Assembly (NCBI RefSeq): GCF_006345805.1
Contig: NC_043018.1
Coordinates: forward strand, 7,936,001 to 8,000,000
Origin: Octopus sinensis
Taxonomy: Eukaryota
Direction: 5' to 3'
DNA length: 64,000 bases
Under the pieces are notes generated by a model, which had not been told where the DNA came from, did not search any database, and saw only the letters and a program-made list of their open reading frames with translations. Of the stretch, positions 38,202-50,624 are shown in pieces. The stretch's first letter is position 1, and each line of letters begins with the position of its first letter. The position numbers and the translations under genes are program-made.

Positions 38202-38597
38202 TCTCTCTATATAAAGCTGAAGTTGTCTGTGTATGGCGAGGTTTGGTAGCCTTCAACTAACACTATCTCCTCCGAGACCCTGCGGCACAAGTTGACCAAA
38301 ATTGAGAGTATGATAGAAGAAGGTGTGCTCTTCCTTCAGTAGAAGAAAAAATTCAAATTGGACCATGTTAACACCAAAATTTATTTACATCAAAAAGGTG
38401 TTTTTTTTCTATGAAAATCCCTATTTTTTACGATTTTTTGACTGCTGTGTCGTCATTTTTCGGTGTATTTTCAACCAGAAAAATGTTCACTTAAGAGAGT
38501 AACAAGCTACATAATGCAAAATGTTTACTTTTCAAAATTCCAATTCTAAAGAGTCGAAAAGAAAACAAGCCCAAGCAACGCTGGGCTATACTGCTAG
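38202..38597 (+). mobile_element. Non-autonomous Helitron (copy 59616-60011)
   Basis: a|TCTCTCTATATAAAGC ... gcaacgctgggctatactgCTAG|t. Confidence 0.8.
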
Positions 38598-38992
38598 TAT
38601 GTATAGATAAATATTATATGTATGTATGCACGGAGAAGGATCAAAATAGAAAGGACACACTAATTTGTAGATGCAGAAAAAGACAGGCAGGTCATGACTG
38701 GAAAGCTGGAATTCCTTTAATTATAGGTTGTTGACTCAATCAGAGTGACCTAGGGCTAAACTACAATAACAATATTATAAATCAAATTAACTGAAAAGCA
38801 TTGGAGTATCAAACTAAACTTATTTAGTTTCCATTCTTCAAGTGCCCGGTTCAAATTTTCCCTGGCTTCACTTGATTTTCCAGTGTAAAGGTTGATCAGA
38901 ATCAATTTAATTTGCAATTTATCTCCAAATTTGGGAAACTCATGGAAAGGGACAAAATCATTATCGTATATATTATTTTCATTTCTTCTCAG

Positions 38993-39077
38993 AGCAGACA
39001 ATTTTCCAAAGATCCTAATAAAGCCCCTGAAAGTTTATCACAAGCATTCTCAAAACTGAGACCAGTTGCAACTAGTT
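38993..39077 (+). CDS. Exon F1 (85 nt): SRQFSKDPNKAPESLSQAFSKLRPVATS
   Basis: ttcttctcag acceptor, gtaagg donor; phase 0 to 1. Confidence 0.75.
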
Positions 39078-39349
39078 GTAAGGAAGATGATGAAGGTTGG
39101 TAAATATTTCTTTCCAATTCCTATAAAAGTGCTATCAACTTTATATTATCCATGGATAATTTTTTCTCAGCTTAACGATCAAGCTTGTTACCTTGCCCCA
39201 GTTTTTTTTTTTTTTTTATGGAGGTTTCAACAAAACCAAAGGCCCCTGAGATCTTAACTGAACTGAAAACCTCATTAATATATGCACCTGTTACCATTTT
39301 ATATTCTTTAATCTGGTACCGAACTCCTTGGTTTTCAGATGACCGATAG

Positions 39350-40900
39350 CATAACTGACATCATTCCAATACGCAGACACTGCTTTCGTCTTAGTTAAGT
39401 GCCTTTCTTAAGATATCTTTGACAACAACGGCTCCGATGTGAAAGAAAGGGGTGTGACAAAATAAGCAGAGCAGATGATGAAACATCTTGGAGTATTCTG
39501 GTCCATCTCTTTATGTTGAGACTTCAAATAAATTTAAATATAATGAGATATTGAATTAGATATAATTGGTAGTTCCTTCTACTCAAAATTTTCTGGTCTT
39601 GGCATTGAACAAGTACATACACAACAGTTTCATTGCTCTGCACACATTTGGGACAAGTACATTCAATGGAACTCCTATGTCTGTAGAGTTTGTCTCAAAC
39701 TGATGGCATCCTTTGGTAGCACTGGTTGTCCAAGAAGTTTTGGAAATTATCCATAGTAATCCCCAATTGGAAAGTCCTCTGAAACAGACTCACCAGTTTG
39801 CTTTTGGTGTTACCCAGAATCTCCTTTAGAACTTTGTCACTAATCCCTTAGATTCTCATGTTAAAATGCACAGGCCTTAACTCTGACAATGCAACTTTCA
39901 TGTTTCACCTTGAAAAAATGGTCAAAGGCATGCTTGCCATTAGCATGTTGGTTGTGATGCCTTTACTAATTGCCTCTTCTAGATCGCTAGCTCATTCTCC
40001 CTCTGAACTATTTCTGTTGCTAGCTTTTTGCTAAACATATCAATTCTGCTTTAATCACACTCTTCAGGATGCTCCATCACCAGCTTCATTAATTACAGCT
40101 TAACGAGTACATAGATCTGATTCCTGTAGCTTTTGCATGCTGGTAGGAATGCACTCAACTTCCAATGAACAATTCCCTGTCTAGAGTCTTATCTAAATCA
40201 ACTGAGTAAATCACAAATTTGTGGTCTGTGTAGCCAACCAGCTTGAACTGTGGACATTCGATGCCATCCCTGCCCCCTGCCACAACAAATACTTTATCTA
40301 GATATGATCTGGATGACCCACTGTGGTTGATCCATATCCATACTGTCACATCAAGGAAATCTAGCTGGTACCTATCAAAACGTTGGAAACAGTGCAAGTT
40401 TTTGAGACTTCTGCACCTCTTTCTCCTATGTGTTAACTCTTCCACAGTCATTATATACATCTAGAGACAATTCCACTCACCACTTATACTAAAGGGCAAG
40501 ATGTTCCAAGGAAACTTTCTAGATGCCTGAAGAAATTAGGCCGATTTGTTCTGGTCTGAGCATAGATGGCCACCAGTCTGAAGGGTCCACTTTCCCTGCC
40601 ATTCATGTCCAGGATCACCAAATTACCATTCAGGTTCAGGAAGATTCTTCGTATTTCAAGGTTCAAGGATTTCCAGAACAGCACTGCTACCCCACCACTC
40701 AAACTCAACAAACGCAGGATAGGAAAATTTTGTAAGCATTGGAAATGGGTGTCAGGTTGTGTGGTGCTCCAGAAATCTTTGTCTCACTAATGGCTGACAC
40801 ATCTATATCCAGCGACTTGAATTCATTGAGCAAGCGACCCTGCTTCCAAACTAAATCCAGGCCCTGAATGTTTACACAACATATTCTAAGTGTAGCCTTT
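39350..40900 (-). mobile_element. L1/Tx1-type LINE, AP-endonuclease region, frameshifted (copy ~60770-62315)
   Basis: LRICCVNIQGL...ISETK...GGVAVL...GNLVILD...FRLVAIYA...RSYLDKVFV...TDHK. Confidence 0.8.
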
Positions 40901-41042
40901 TAGGCAAGAGACACCGACCCCCTTATTCCTTATTCCTGCCAACATTACCACCACACCGTACTCCCACAACTGTTCCCACCACTGTACTCTCATCACCACA
41001 TCCACCGGCTTTATTCTCCTCCACTCCCAGCTGTCATCAACA

Positions 41043-41480
41043 TCATTGTTCGACCGTGGTCAAGACAATGGAATTTACCATGCTACGCCAGACTTCACGG
41101 TCCATCATGGCATTATGGAGGTCCTGTTGCTGGATGCCTGTATCCCTGGAGATTACATCAGGGTAGGAGAGTGCGCGCCCTCTGGTATTGCGAGTAGATG
41201 GCTTCCAGAGGAGAAGAGGAGAAATTACCTCGTTTTCAGCTCTACCACAATGTCCAGCAAACTGGACTCTCCTACCTTCACAAGAGATGACACAGGTGCT
41301 AGTTTCCCATATATTTGTACTTTGGTTGGATGACGCTTCCACGAGAGATTTTGAGCTCTCATAAGGAGGCGAGTGTAGGTTCCATCCAACGCCTCTCAGC
41401 TTCTTTGATAACGTCCAGGTTTCTGCGTCATATAGTAGAATTGGTTCGACTGTGGCTGTTCTCATCATTAACATCAGTGA
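41043..41480 (-). mobile_element. RTE-clade LINE 3' end (copy 62461-62895)
   Basis: EPILLYDAETWTLSKKLERRLDGTYTRLL...RRVQFAGHC...MMDREVWR. Confidence 0.85.
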
Positions 41481-41733
41481 TCCATAAATTTACACCATTT
41501 TTAATAAATTTTCTCCACTAAAGTTACCTAGACATTTTTTGGAGAGAAAAAAAGGATTAGAACCTTTGAATGTCTCTCCTAATCAGGCTGGGCACAGTTA
41601 TCTTTCCCTATCGTCTATATTTAAAGGAGAAATGTTATTAAAAATGTCAACAAACTTGTTTGAGGCAGGAAGATTGTTATGGAGCAGCTGTGATAGCCAT
41701 GAATGCAGTTAATAAGGAACTAAAGTAGATATA

Positions 41734-41812
<79 letters not shown>

Positions 41813-42923
41813 AATATAAATAATGGCGGCGAGCTGGCAAAACGTTAGCACGCCGGGCGAAATGCGTAGCCGTATTTCGTCTGTCATTACGTTGTGAGTT
41901 CAAATTCCGCCGAGGCCGACTTTGCCTTTCATCCTTTCGGGGGGTTGATAAATAAAGTACCAGTTATGCACTGGAGTCGATGTAAACGACTTAATCCCTT
42001 TGTCTGTCCTTGTTTGTCCCCTCTATGTTTAGCCCCTTGTGGGCAATAAAGAAATATATATATATATATATATAGAACTCATTTAAAATTTTGGCCTTGT
42101 CAGTATGGAAGAAAGTCATCATCATTGTTGTTGTTGTTGTTGTTGTTGCATCATTGTCATTTCATCACCATCATCATCATCGTCATTTAACATTCACATT
42201 CCTATGCTGGTACAAGTCTAGTGGAATTTTTTTGAGGCATGCTTTTCTGTTGTTGGGTACCCTTCTTGTCACTAACCCTCACCTGTTTTCCATGCAGCGT
42301 AAGATTTTCCCATGATTCTCAGCAAACTGGAAAAGGACGACGTTGGTTGTATGATGGTTACGCTCATTTACAACCATCGCATGAAGTCAAGACAAAGATA
42401 CATACAAATACACACACATACACGTATGCACATATATATATGCATGCACACACACACAAACATATACATGAATATAACTGCCTTTCGGATGTACAAATTT
42501 AATATACACCAGTAATGACATTCTCACTGCTATTGCCTTCTCTGTATATTGCATAAATGTAAATTTTTTCCCCAAATAAATTCCACTTCATATTCGAGGT
42601 TCTCATGAAGCTATAGGATTGTTATTCAGGCACTCAACAACAAGTCCACAAAACCTTATAGCAGAAACAGCTACAAGCTAATGAACTTCATAACATAACC
42701 ATCGTTTTCCTGTGTCATATCTTTTTCTTAACATAAATATATGATTTGTATATATTTATAATATATATACAAATATATGTGGTAAGTAGCTTGCTTACCA
42801 ACCACACGGTTCCGGGTTCAGTCCCACTGCGTGGCACCTCGGGAAAGTGTCTTCTACTATAGCCTTGGGCCGACCAAAGCCTTGTGAGTGGATTTGGTAG
42901 ACAGAAACTGAAAGAAGCCTGTC

Positions 42924-42972
<49 letters not shown>

Positions 42973-43437
42973 ATATATATGTATATATATGTGTGTGTGT
43001 GTGTGTGTGTCTGTGTTGTCCCCCCAACATTGCTTGACAACCGATGCTAGTATGTTTACGTCCCCGTTACTTAGCGGTTCGGCAGAAGAGACCGATAGAA
43101 TAAGTACTAGGCTTACAAAGAATAAGTCCTGGGGTCGATTTGCTCGACTAAAAGGCGGTGCTCCAGCATGGCCGCAGTCAAATGACTGAAACAAGTAAAA
43201 GAGTATATGGGCATCTTTCAGTTTAATGTCTATCATATCCGCTTAAGAGGTTTTGGACGACCTGGGGCTATAACAGAAGACACTTATTCAAAGCATTGCA
43301 CAGTAGAGACCTGAGACCACCTGGTTGTGAAGCAAACTTCTTAACCACCCAGCCATACCTGCATCTATGTTAGAAATTAGGAATACCAAATTAATTACGT
43401 AGTAATTATAAGTATCATTTTCAATTTATGTTCACAG

Positions 43438-43532
43438 GTAACTACATAGTGCCACCTCCAATTCCTCCATCACGTAGCAAAAAGAGTGCGCACAAACCAA
43501 GGGAGCAGAAAAAATTCACTTCAGAAGCAAAT
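43438..43532 (+). CDS. Exon E2 (95 nt): (C)NYIVPPPIPPSRSKKSAHKPREQKKFTSEAN; diverged paralog of E1
   Basis: Same length, phases and splice sites as E1; PPPIPP core and EAN end conserved. Confidence 0.85.
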
Positions 43533-43691
43533 GTAAGTTTGTTTATGATTGTTGTTGTTGTTGTTGTAGTTATGCCTTTTGTCCTTTTAGGGACCATAAA
43601 ATAAGTACAGCAGAGCACTGGGGTCTGACATAATCAATAAACCCCTCTTTACATATTATCGTATAACAATGAAACAAAACACTGTGTGTGT

Positions 43692-43748
<57 letters not shown>

Positions 43749-43763
43749 ATTCAAAATAAGCAA

Positions 43764-44048
43764 CAAGAATGACTCCGGTAATTTGGTACGATCGTTTCGT
43801 ACTACATCATTTTATTAAATGTTGTAAGTATTACAACAGTTTTAAAATGCTGAGCACTCATCAGCCAATTATAGAGGTTCTCCATTAATACAAAAATTTT
43901 CACTTGATATATGAAATTTTTGTATTGATGGAAAACCTCTATAATTGGCTGATGAGTGCTCAGCATTTAAAACCGTTGTAATACTTAAAACATTTAATAA
44001 AATGATGTAGTACGAAATGATTGTACCAAATTACCGGAGTCATTCTTG
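43764..44048. repeat. ~285 bp near-perfect palindrome (arms ~138 bp, ~9-nt loop at 43903-43911)
   Basis: caagaatgactccggtaatttggtac... at the start is the reverse complement of ...gtaccaaattaccggagtcattcttg at the end; pairing continues to the centre. Confidence 0.92.
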
Positions 44049-44189
44049 ACGGTAACTCGAACTTTCCAGTGTATGTAAAGGGTTGATCAGAATCAATTTA
44101 ATATGCAATTTATCTCCAAATTGGAAACACACTCACGGAAAATGACAAACAAAATCATTATTGTTTATATTATTTTCATTTCTTCTCAG

Positions 44190-44270
44190 AGCAGAAAATT
44201 TTCCAAAGATCCTAATAAAGGCCCTGAAATTTATCACAAGCAATGTCTAAACTGAGACCAGTTACACCTG
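44190..44270 (+). CDS. Exon F2 (81 nt as written), paralog of F1 with apparent 1-nt deletion; corrected SRKFSKDPNKGPE(x)LSQAMSKLRPVTP
   Basis: ttcttctcag acceptor, ctg|gtaaga donor. gaaatttatca here vs gaaagtttatca in F1 gives TGA at codon 22 unless one base is restored. Confidence 0.6.
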
Positions 44271-45830
44271 GTAAGAAAGATGAAGGTTGGTATATATTTC
44301 TTTCAATTTCCTATAAAAGTGCTATCGAGTTTATATTATCTACAGATATTTTCTCTCAGCTTAACCATCAAGCTTGTCACCTTGCCCCAGGTTTTTCTGG
44401 TGGTCCCTGAGATCTTAACCGCAAACCTCATTAAAATACACACCTGTTACCGTTTTTTATTCTTTTAGTCTGGTACCAAACTCCTTGGTTTTCAGACATC
44501 TCATTGCATAACTGTGACATCATCCTAATATCCAGACACTGTTTTTCTTGGAACTAAATAGCTCTTAACCCTTTTGATACCAAAATGCCCGAGACTGCTG
44601 TGGTCCGTGATACAAACACCTTGTTTTAAAGAGGTCTAAATTAAAACCTTCCATCAAAGTACCAGCTTAGTGAAGGTGCATGGCTCAGTGGTTAGATCGT
44701 TCAAGCTTACAATCATGAGGTTGTGTTTGAATCCCAGACCGGGCTGCGTGTTGTGTTCTTGAGCAAGACACTTTACTTCACGTTGCTCCAGTTCACTCAG
44801 CTGTAGAAATGAGTTGCGACATCACTGGTGCCAAGCTGTATCAGCCCCTTTGCCTTTCCCTTGGATAACACTGGTGGTGTGGAGAGGGGAGGATGGTATT
44901 ATGCATGGCTACTGCTGTCTTCCATAAACAACCTTGCGCAGACTTGTACCTGGGAGGGTTACTTTCTAGGTGCAATCCTACAGTCAGGCATGACCGAAGC
45001 AGGTCCAACCTATATATATATATAGGGAAAGGCAACAGCTGATACAGCTTGGCACCTGTGATGTTGCAACTCATTTCTACAGCCGAGTTAACAGGAGCAA
45101 CATGAAATAAAGTGTCTTGCTCAAGAACACAACACGCAGCCCGGTCCAGGATTCGAACTTACAACCTCATATACCAGCTTAATGATGACAAAGTTATTTT
45201 TTGTGCCAAACTCTTCATTATTTTCAAATGTAACACTGGAGTAAGGCTGCTGTGCATTTTATCCAATTCTGCCTGTTTGCTGTCTTAATCTTGTAAATAA
45301 TGATAAACAGCGATATTTAAATGTATTAATATTTCCTTTCAAAACAAAAAAAATTAATTTGAATATATAACCCTTTAGCATTGTAACTTACCATAGGCGC
45401 AGGAGTGGCTGTGTGGTAAGTAGCTTGCTAACCAACCACATGGTTCCGGGTTCAGTCCTACTGCGTGGCATCTTGGCAAAGTGTCTTCTGCTATAGCTCC
45501 GGGCCGACCAATGCTTTGTGAGTGGATTTGGTAGACCGGAAACTGAAAGAAGCCTGTCGTATATATGTATATATATGTGTCTGTTTGTGTGTCTGTGTTT
45601 GTCCCCCTAGCATGCTTGACAAACCGGTGCTGGGTTGTGTTTATGTCCCCGTCACTTAGCGGCGGTTCAGCAAAAGAGACCAACTAGAATAAGTACTGGG
45701 CTTACAAAGAATAAGTTCTCGGGTCAATTTGCTCGACTAAGGGAGGTGCTCAATGCATGGCCCAAGTCAAATGACTGAAACAAGTAAAAGAGTATATCTG
45801 GCCAAAATAATCTACATGTTTTATCTTTAA

Positions 45831-46054
45831 CCCTTTACCCTTGTTACCAAACCGTGCTGTGAAACCAGCTCTGGCTCTGAGTACAATGTCTGTTTTCATG
45901 AGTTTTGAATTGAAATCTTTCACCAAACTTGGTTGTCACAATTTATGTTCCTAAAACTAGCTTAATGATAACCAAATTATTTTACTAAATTCTTTGTTAT
46001 ATTTGAAGTAATTGAAAGAAACACAGAGCATTTCAAAATACAGTAACGAAAGGG
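45831..46054. mobile_element. piggyBac-like MITE
   Basis: ttaa|ccctt...gttac ... gtaacgaaaggg|ttaa. Confidence 0.7.
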
Positions 46055-46304
46055 TTAAATTGGCTAGATCCAACCTTTCACACGTCTAACCTCTAAGTAT
46101 ATTGTTCCTTTAAAAGAACACCATCTTATTATTGAAACTGCAAAGCTACAAGCTAAGGCATGACTATGTGATAAATAAACCATTACATTTGATTAAGAAA
46201 TCTTAATGCTAAAGGTTTTAACCATTTAGCATTTAAACCAGCTATATCCAGACCAAATGTTCTACCCTATTTTTTATGAAAACTGGACGGATTCGGCCTC
46301 TCAC

Positions 46305-46734
46305 TCATAATAATAAAATAATAAGTGAAATTATTGTATACAGTGCTCAGGTGCACACAACTTGTCAAAAATGCATATAAGTATATGCAGTAATGTACAA
46401 ATGTCTGGGAAGTGAAACAGTGTATGAGTCAGATACATGCTTGAGTGGGTATGGAGGGGAGGAAAAATCAGGTGTAGTGTTGACAAATCTCAGGAAGCAT
46501 GGAATAGTCTTGAAGGATGCAGTGCTCCGACAACTAACAACTGATGCCGGCAGTTTGTTCATGCTTCAGCAACTTTCAGCATGAAAAAATGTTTCTGAAA
46601 GTCATGGGAGCTGTGCTGCTCTTTCTCTGACTTTGTAAACATGTCATGAGTGTAGACAGGTGGAGTTGAAAAGGTTGATCGAGTTATTGTTTGTAAGATG
46701 CGTAATAATTTTATGGGTTGTCTGACTAAGTCAG

Positions 46735-46737
<3 letters not shown>
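46305..46737 (-). mobile_element. CR1/L2-group LINE 3' fragment ending at the duplication junction (TA)n
   Basis: Reverse complement of the same family, with many small indels. Confidence 0.8.
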
Positions 46738-46780
<43 letters not shown>

Positions 46781-47456
46781 TCTTTTACTCTTTTACTTGT
46801 TTCAGTCATTTGACTGCGGTCATGCTGGAGCACCACCTTTAATCGAACAACTCGACCCCGGGACTTATTCTTTTGTAAGCCCAGTACTTATTCTATCGGT
46901 CTCTTTTGCTGAACCGCTAAGTGACGGGGACGTAAACACACCAGCATCGGTTGTCAAGCAATGCTAGGGGGACAAACACAGACACACAAACACACACACG
47001 CATATATATACATATATACGATGGGCTTCTTTCAGTTTCCGTCTACCAAATCCACTCACAAGGCTTTGGTCGGCCTGAGGCTATAGTAGAAGACACTTGC
47101 CCATGATGCCACGCAGTGGGACTGAACCTGGAACCATGTTTTGGTTAGCAAGCTACTTACCACACAGCCACTCCTGCGCCTATATATATGCATAAATGTA
47201 ATTCTTTTCGTAAATAAATTGCACTTCATATTCAAGGCTCTGATGAAGCTATAAGTTGTTACTCCATCACTCAACCACGAGTCCCCTGAATCTTATAGCA
47301 GAAACAGTTGTAAGCTAATGGACTTCATAAGATGATCATTTACTGCTTTGCCTTTTTATTTTCTTATGACTTGTAAAATATATAATTTCATTAATTCTTA
47401 TCAAATTTTGTTAATTACTTCTTTACTTTGTTTTATTCTTTTGTTTCTGTTTTCAG

Positions 47457-47489
47457 AGAAACTGTCCACATCTCCAGCCTTGTCCCCAC
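47457..47489 (+). CDS. Exon D1' (copy of D1 in second 21.4-kb unit)
   Basis: Identical to 26033-26065. Confidence 0.6.
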
Positions 47490-48026
47490 GTACGTATGTC
47501 CCTACTTCAATCAGTTATTGTTCTAATCTTTGATGAACAAAGGTGCTATCATGTGATACCATTAATACCTAGATAACAGGAGATATGTATGATATCAGAG
47601 ATGTAGTTTTTTCTATAACATTTAAAAAACATTTTGCTACTATTTAAATGTTTACACTATATACCATGTCGACTTGTATGCTTGGTCATACAGTATATGT
47701 ATACCCCAAGCCTTAAGTTAATTTGTGCTATAATAAAGAATCTTAATAAGTCAAAAGAAGGAAATGAAATGGAAGAGATGAGTTACAAAATAATTACCCT
47801 TATCTAAATCTGGATATACCAATCTGTATACATACTTTAGATTAATTTTATTCTAGGTGTAGGAGTGGCTGTCTGGTAAGTAGCTTGCTTACGAACCACA
47901 TGGTTCTGGGTTCAGTCCCACTGCATGGCATCTTGGGCAAGTGTCTTCTACTATAATCTCAGGCCGACTAAAACCTTGTGAGTGGATTTGGTAGACAGAA
48001 ACTGAAAGAAGCCCGTCGTATATATG

Positions 48027-48059
<33 letters not shown>

Positions 48060-48575
48060 GTTTGTGTCTGTGTCTGTCCCCCAACATCGCTTGACAACTG
48101 ATGCTGGTGTGTTTACGTCCCCGTCACTTATTGGTTCGGCAAAAGAGACCGATAGAATAAGTACTAGGCTTACAAAGAATAAGTTCTGGGGTCGATTTGC
48201 TTGACTAAAGGTGGTGCTCCAGCATGGCTACAGTCAAATGACTGAAACAAGTAAAAGAGTATTTATGGAAGGAGTCCTTTCTTTCATCCCTGACATAGGT
48301 GTTGGCTTTCTCATTGGTAATGCTTTTCCTAAATAAATTGCACTTCATATTCAAGGCTCTGATGAAGCTATAAGTTGTTACTCCATCACTCAACCACGAG
48401 TCTCCTGAATCTTATAGCAGAAACAGTTGTAAGCTAATGGACTTCATAAGATGATCATTTACTGCTTTGCCTTTTTATTTTCTTATGACTTGTAAAATAT
48501 ATAATTTCATTAATTCTTATCAAATTTTGTTAATTACTTCTTTACTTTGTTTTATTCTTTTGTTTCTGTTTTCAG

Positions 48576-48608
48576 AGAAACTGTCCACATCTCCAGCCCT
48601 GCCCCCAC
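48576..48608 (+). CDS. Exon D2' (copy of D2)
   Basis: Identical to 27152-27184. Confidence 0.6.
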
Positions 48609-50571
48609 GTACGTATGTCCCTACTTCAATCAGTTATTGTTCTAATCTTTGATGAACAATGGTACTATCATGTGAGACCATTAATACTTAGATAACAGGA
48701 GATATGTATGATATCAGAGATGTAGTTTTTTCTATAACATTTATAAAAATTTTGCTAATATTTGAATGTTTACACTATATACCATGTCGACTTGTATGCT
48801 TGAACATACAATATATGTATACCCCAAACCTTAAGTTTATTTGTGCTATAATAAAAACTCTTAATAAGTCAAAAGAAGGAAGTGAAATGGAAGAGATAAG
48901 TTACAAAATGATTAGCCTTATCTAAATCTTTACACATACTTTAAAATTAATCTTATTCTGTTTATGGAAGGAGACCTTGACTTTCATCTCTGACTCACTT
49001 GTATTCACAATGGTTGTAGATTAAATGTTCAGTGAGTTACAACAAATGAGGATATAATGCTGTGAAGATAGAAACAAGTGATATTTCTCAATGTGATAAA
49101 AAGCAAAATGATTAAACCTTTAGCATTCAGATCATTCTGTCAAATGTTAAGCTTATTTATTTACTTCATTTGGAATTAATCATGCATTTTCTTGTGTCTC
49201 CAAAATTTTGATGATGTCATTACCATCATCATCATTTAGTGTCTGCTCTTCATGATGTTATGGGTTAGACCAGGGGTCCTCGACCAATTTTTATCTATGG
49301 ACCCCTTTGATTGTTATTTTATTCTGATGTTCTCCCATAGACATTCAATGCTTAAAATCTAGTTTTATAGAAACTTCTTTCGAAATTCCTATTTCGTTTT
49401 TCACACATTAACTCGTGTAAGTCGAACTATGGAAAACATTAGAGAAAGAAACCTATCTCTTTCTTGCAATACCCACCAACACAAACATCTAAATCAAAAT
49501 TTTTCATGAGGCCTCAAAATAGTATTGTGGATCCCCAATTTATTATTTTGTTGTGTAGACCCCATAAAATCTTATATGGACTCTCAGGGGCCATACAGAC
49601 CTCAGTCAAGAACCATTGGGTTAGCTGGTTTGACTGAAACTGATAAGCTGGAGAACTGTACCATGTTCCAATCTGATTTGGCTTGGTTTCTATGGCTGAA
49701 TGTCCTTCCTAATGCCAATCACTCCAAGAGTTTAGTGGGTGCCTTTTACGTATCACTAGCACCAGCCACAACTGCAATTTCACTTGGCTTGATGAGTTTT
49801 CTCAAGCACAGCAAATCACCAAAGGTCCTGATCACTTGTCATCGCCTCCGTAAGACCGAAATTTTTAGAATGACATTAGATAGAATATTTTGGGCAAATA
49901 TGGTCGGTTTAAATGCTAAAAGGTTGAGGTATTGTTGTAAGGAAATTTGAGTGTGTGCCAATATGAATATGTTGGCATGAGAATGTTTTATGCCATATTG
50001 TATTTCATTCCCCCACCCTGAACTGATATTTCCCATCGTACTTCACCTTCATCTCTTATTACATTCACCTTTACCTCCATTTCTAACCATCTCTTATTCT
50101 CCGCTCATGCTCATATAGCCCACCCACCCACTCTCCTTTTCCCCCTCCCCTGTCTATATCTTGCCTTGCACACTGAGGGGTTGCTATGATACTCCATCAC
50201 TACCAACCCATTTTCTTCCCAGCTATTCCTACCCACCCATTATATAATGCAGGGTAGCCATCTATCATCTTTGTAATAAAGCATCTGTAGTTGTTTATAA
50301 TTTTAACCTTTAAAGGTATTTTTTAATATGCTGGCCATTGCTAAAATTTTTTTTCGAAAAAATTTTATCCTACATTAAATATAAATTTAATAGTGTTCAC
50401 TTCCGGACTCTTTCACTCTGTGAGATCCTCAGTTCGAATCGCACGTGTCTTGAATGGGCTGGAGTATTTCTGTTTTGGATTTATTTGGGGTACTTAATTG
50501 TGCTCATGACTTAGTGTTTTGCTTCTTCCATGGGTATGAGTAAGTATCTCATTTATTTCTTTTGCCACATT

Positions 50572-50624
50572 TATCACTGACGAAGGGAGGGTTCTTATGA
50601 ACTAACCCTGAAATCGGTCCGATA
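50572..50624 (+). ncRNA. Copy of the 29150 hammerhead motif in unit 2
   Basis: Identical sequence. Confidence 0.7.

Larger units (their letters stand above)
25313..46737. repeat. Unit 1 of ~21.4 kb tandem segmental duplication
   Basis: ORF-track pairs recur at offsets 21424 (25924/47348), 21422 (28103/49525), 21419 (34366/55785), 21415 (38912/60327) and 21412 (42091/63503). Both units start at a (TA)n run followed by the same SINE. Confidence 0.95.

Noticed and set aside
39171-39211. Short ag-bounded segment conserved with 44360-44390; alternative F1 donor at 39100
   Set aside because: Conservation is explained by whole-intron duplication; stop or phase conflict with E2
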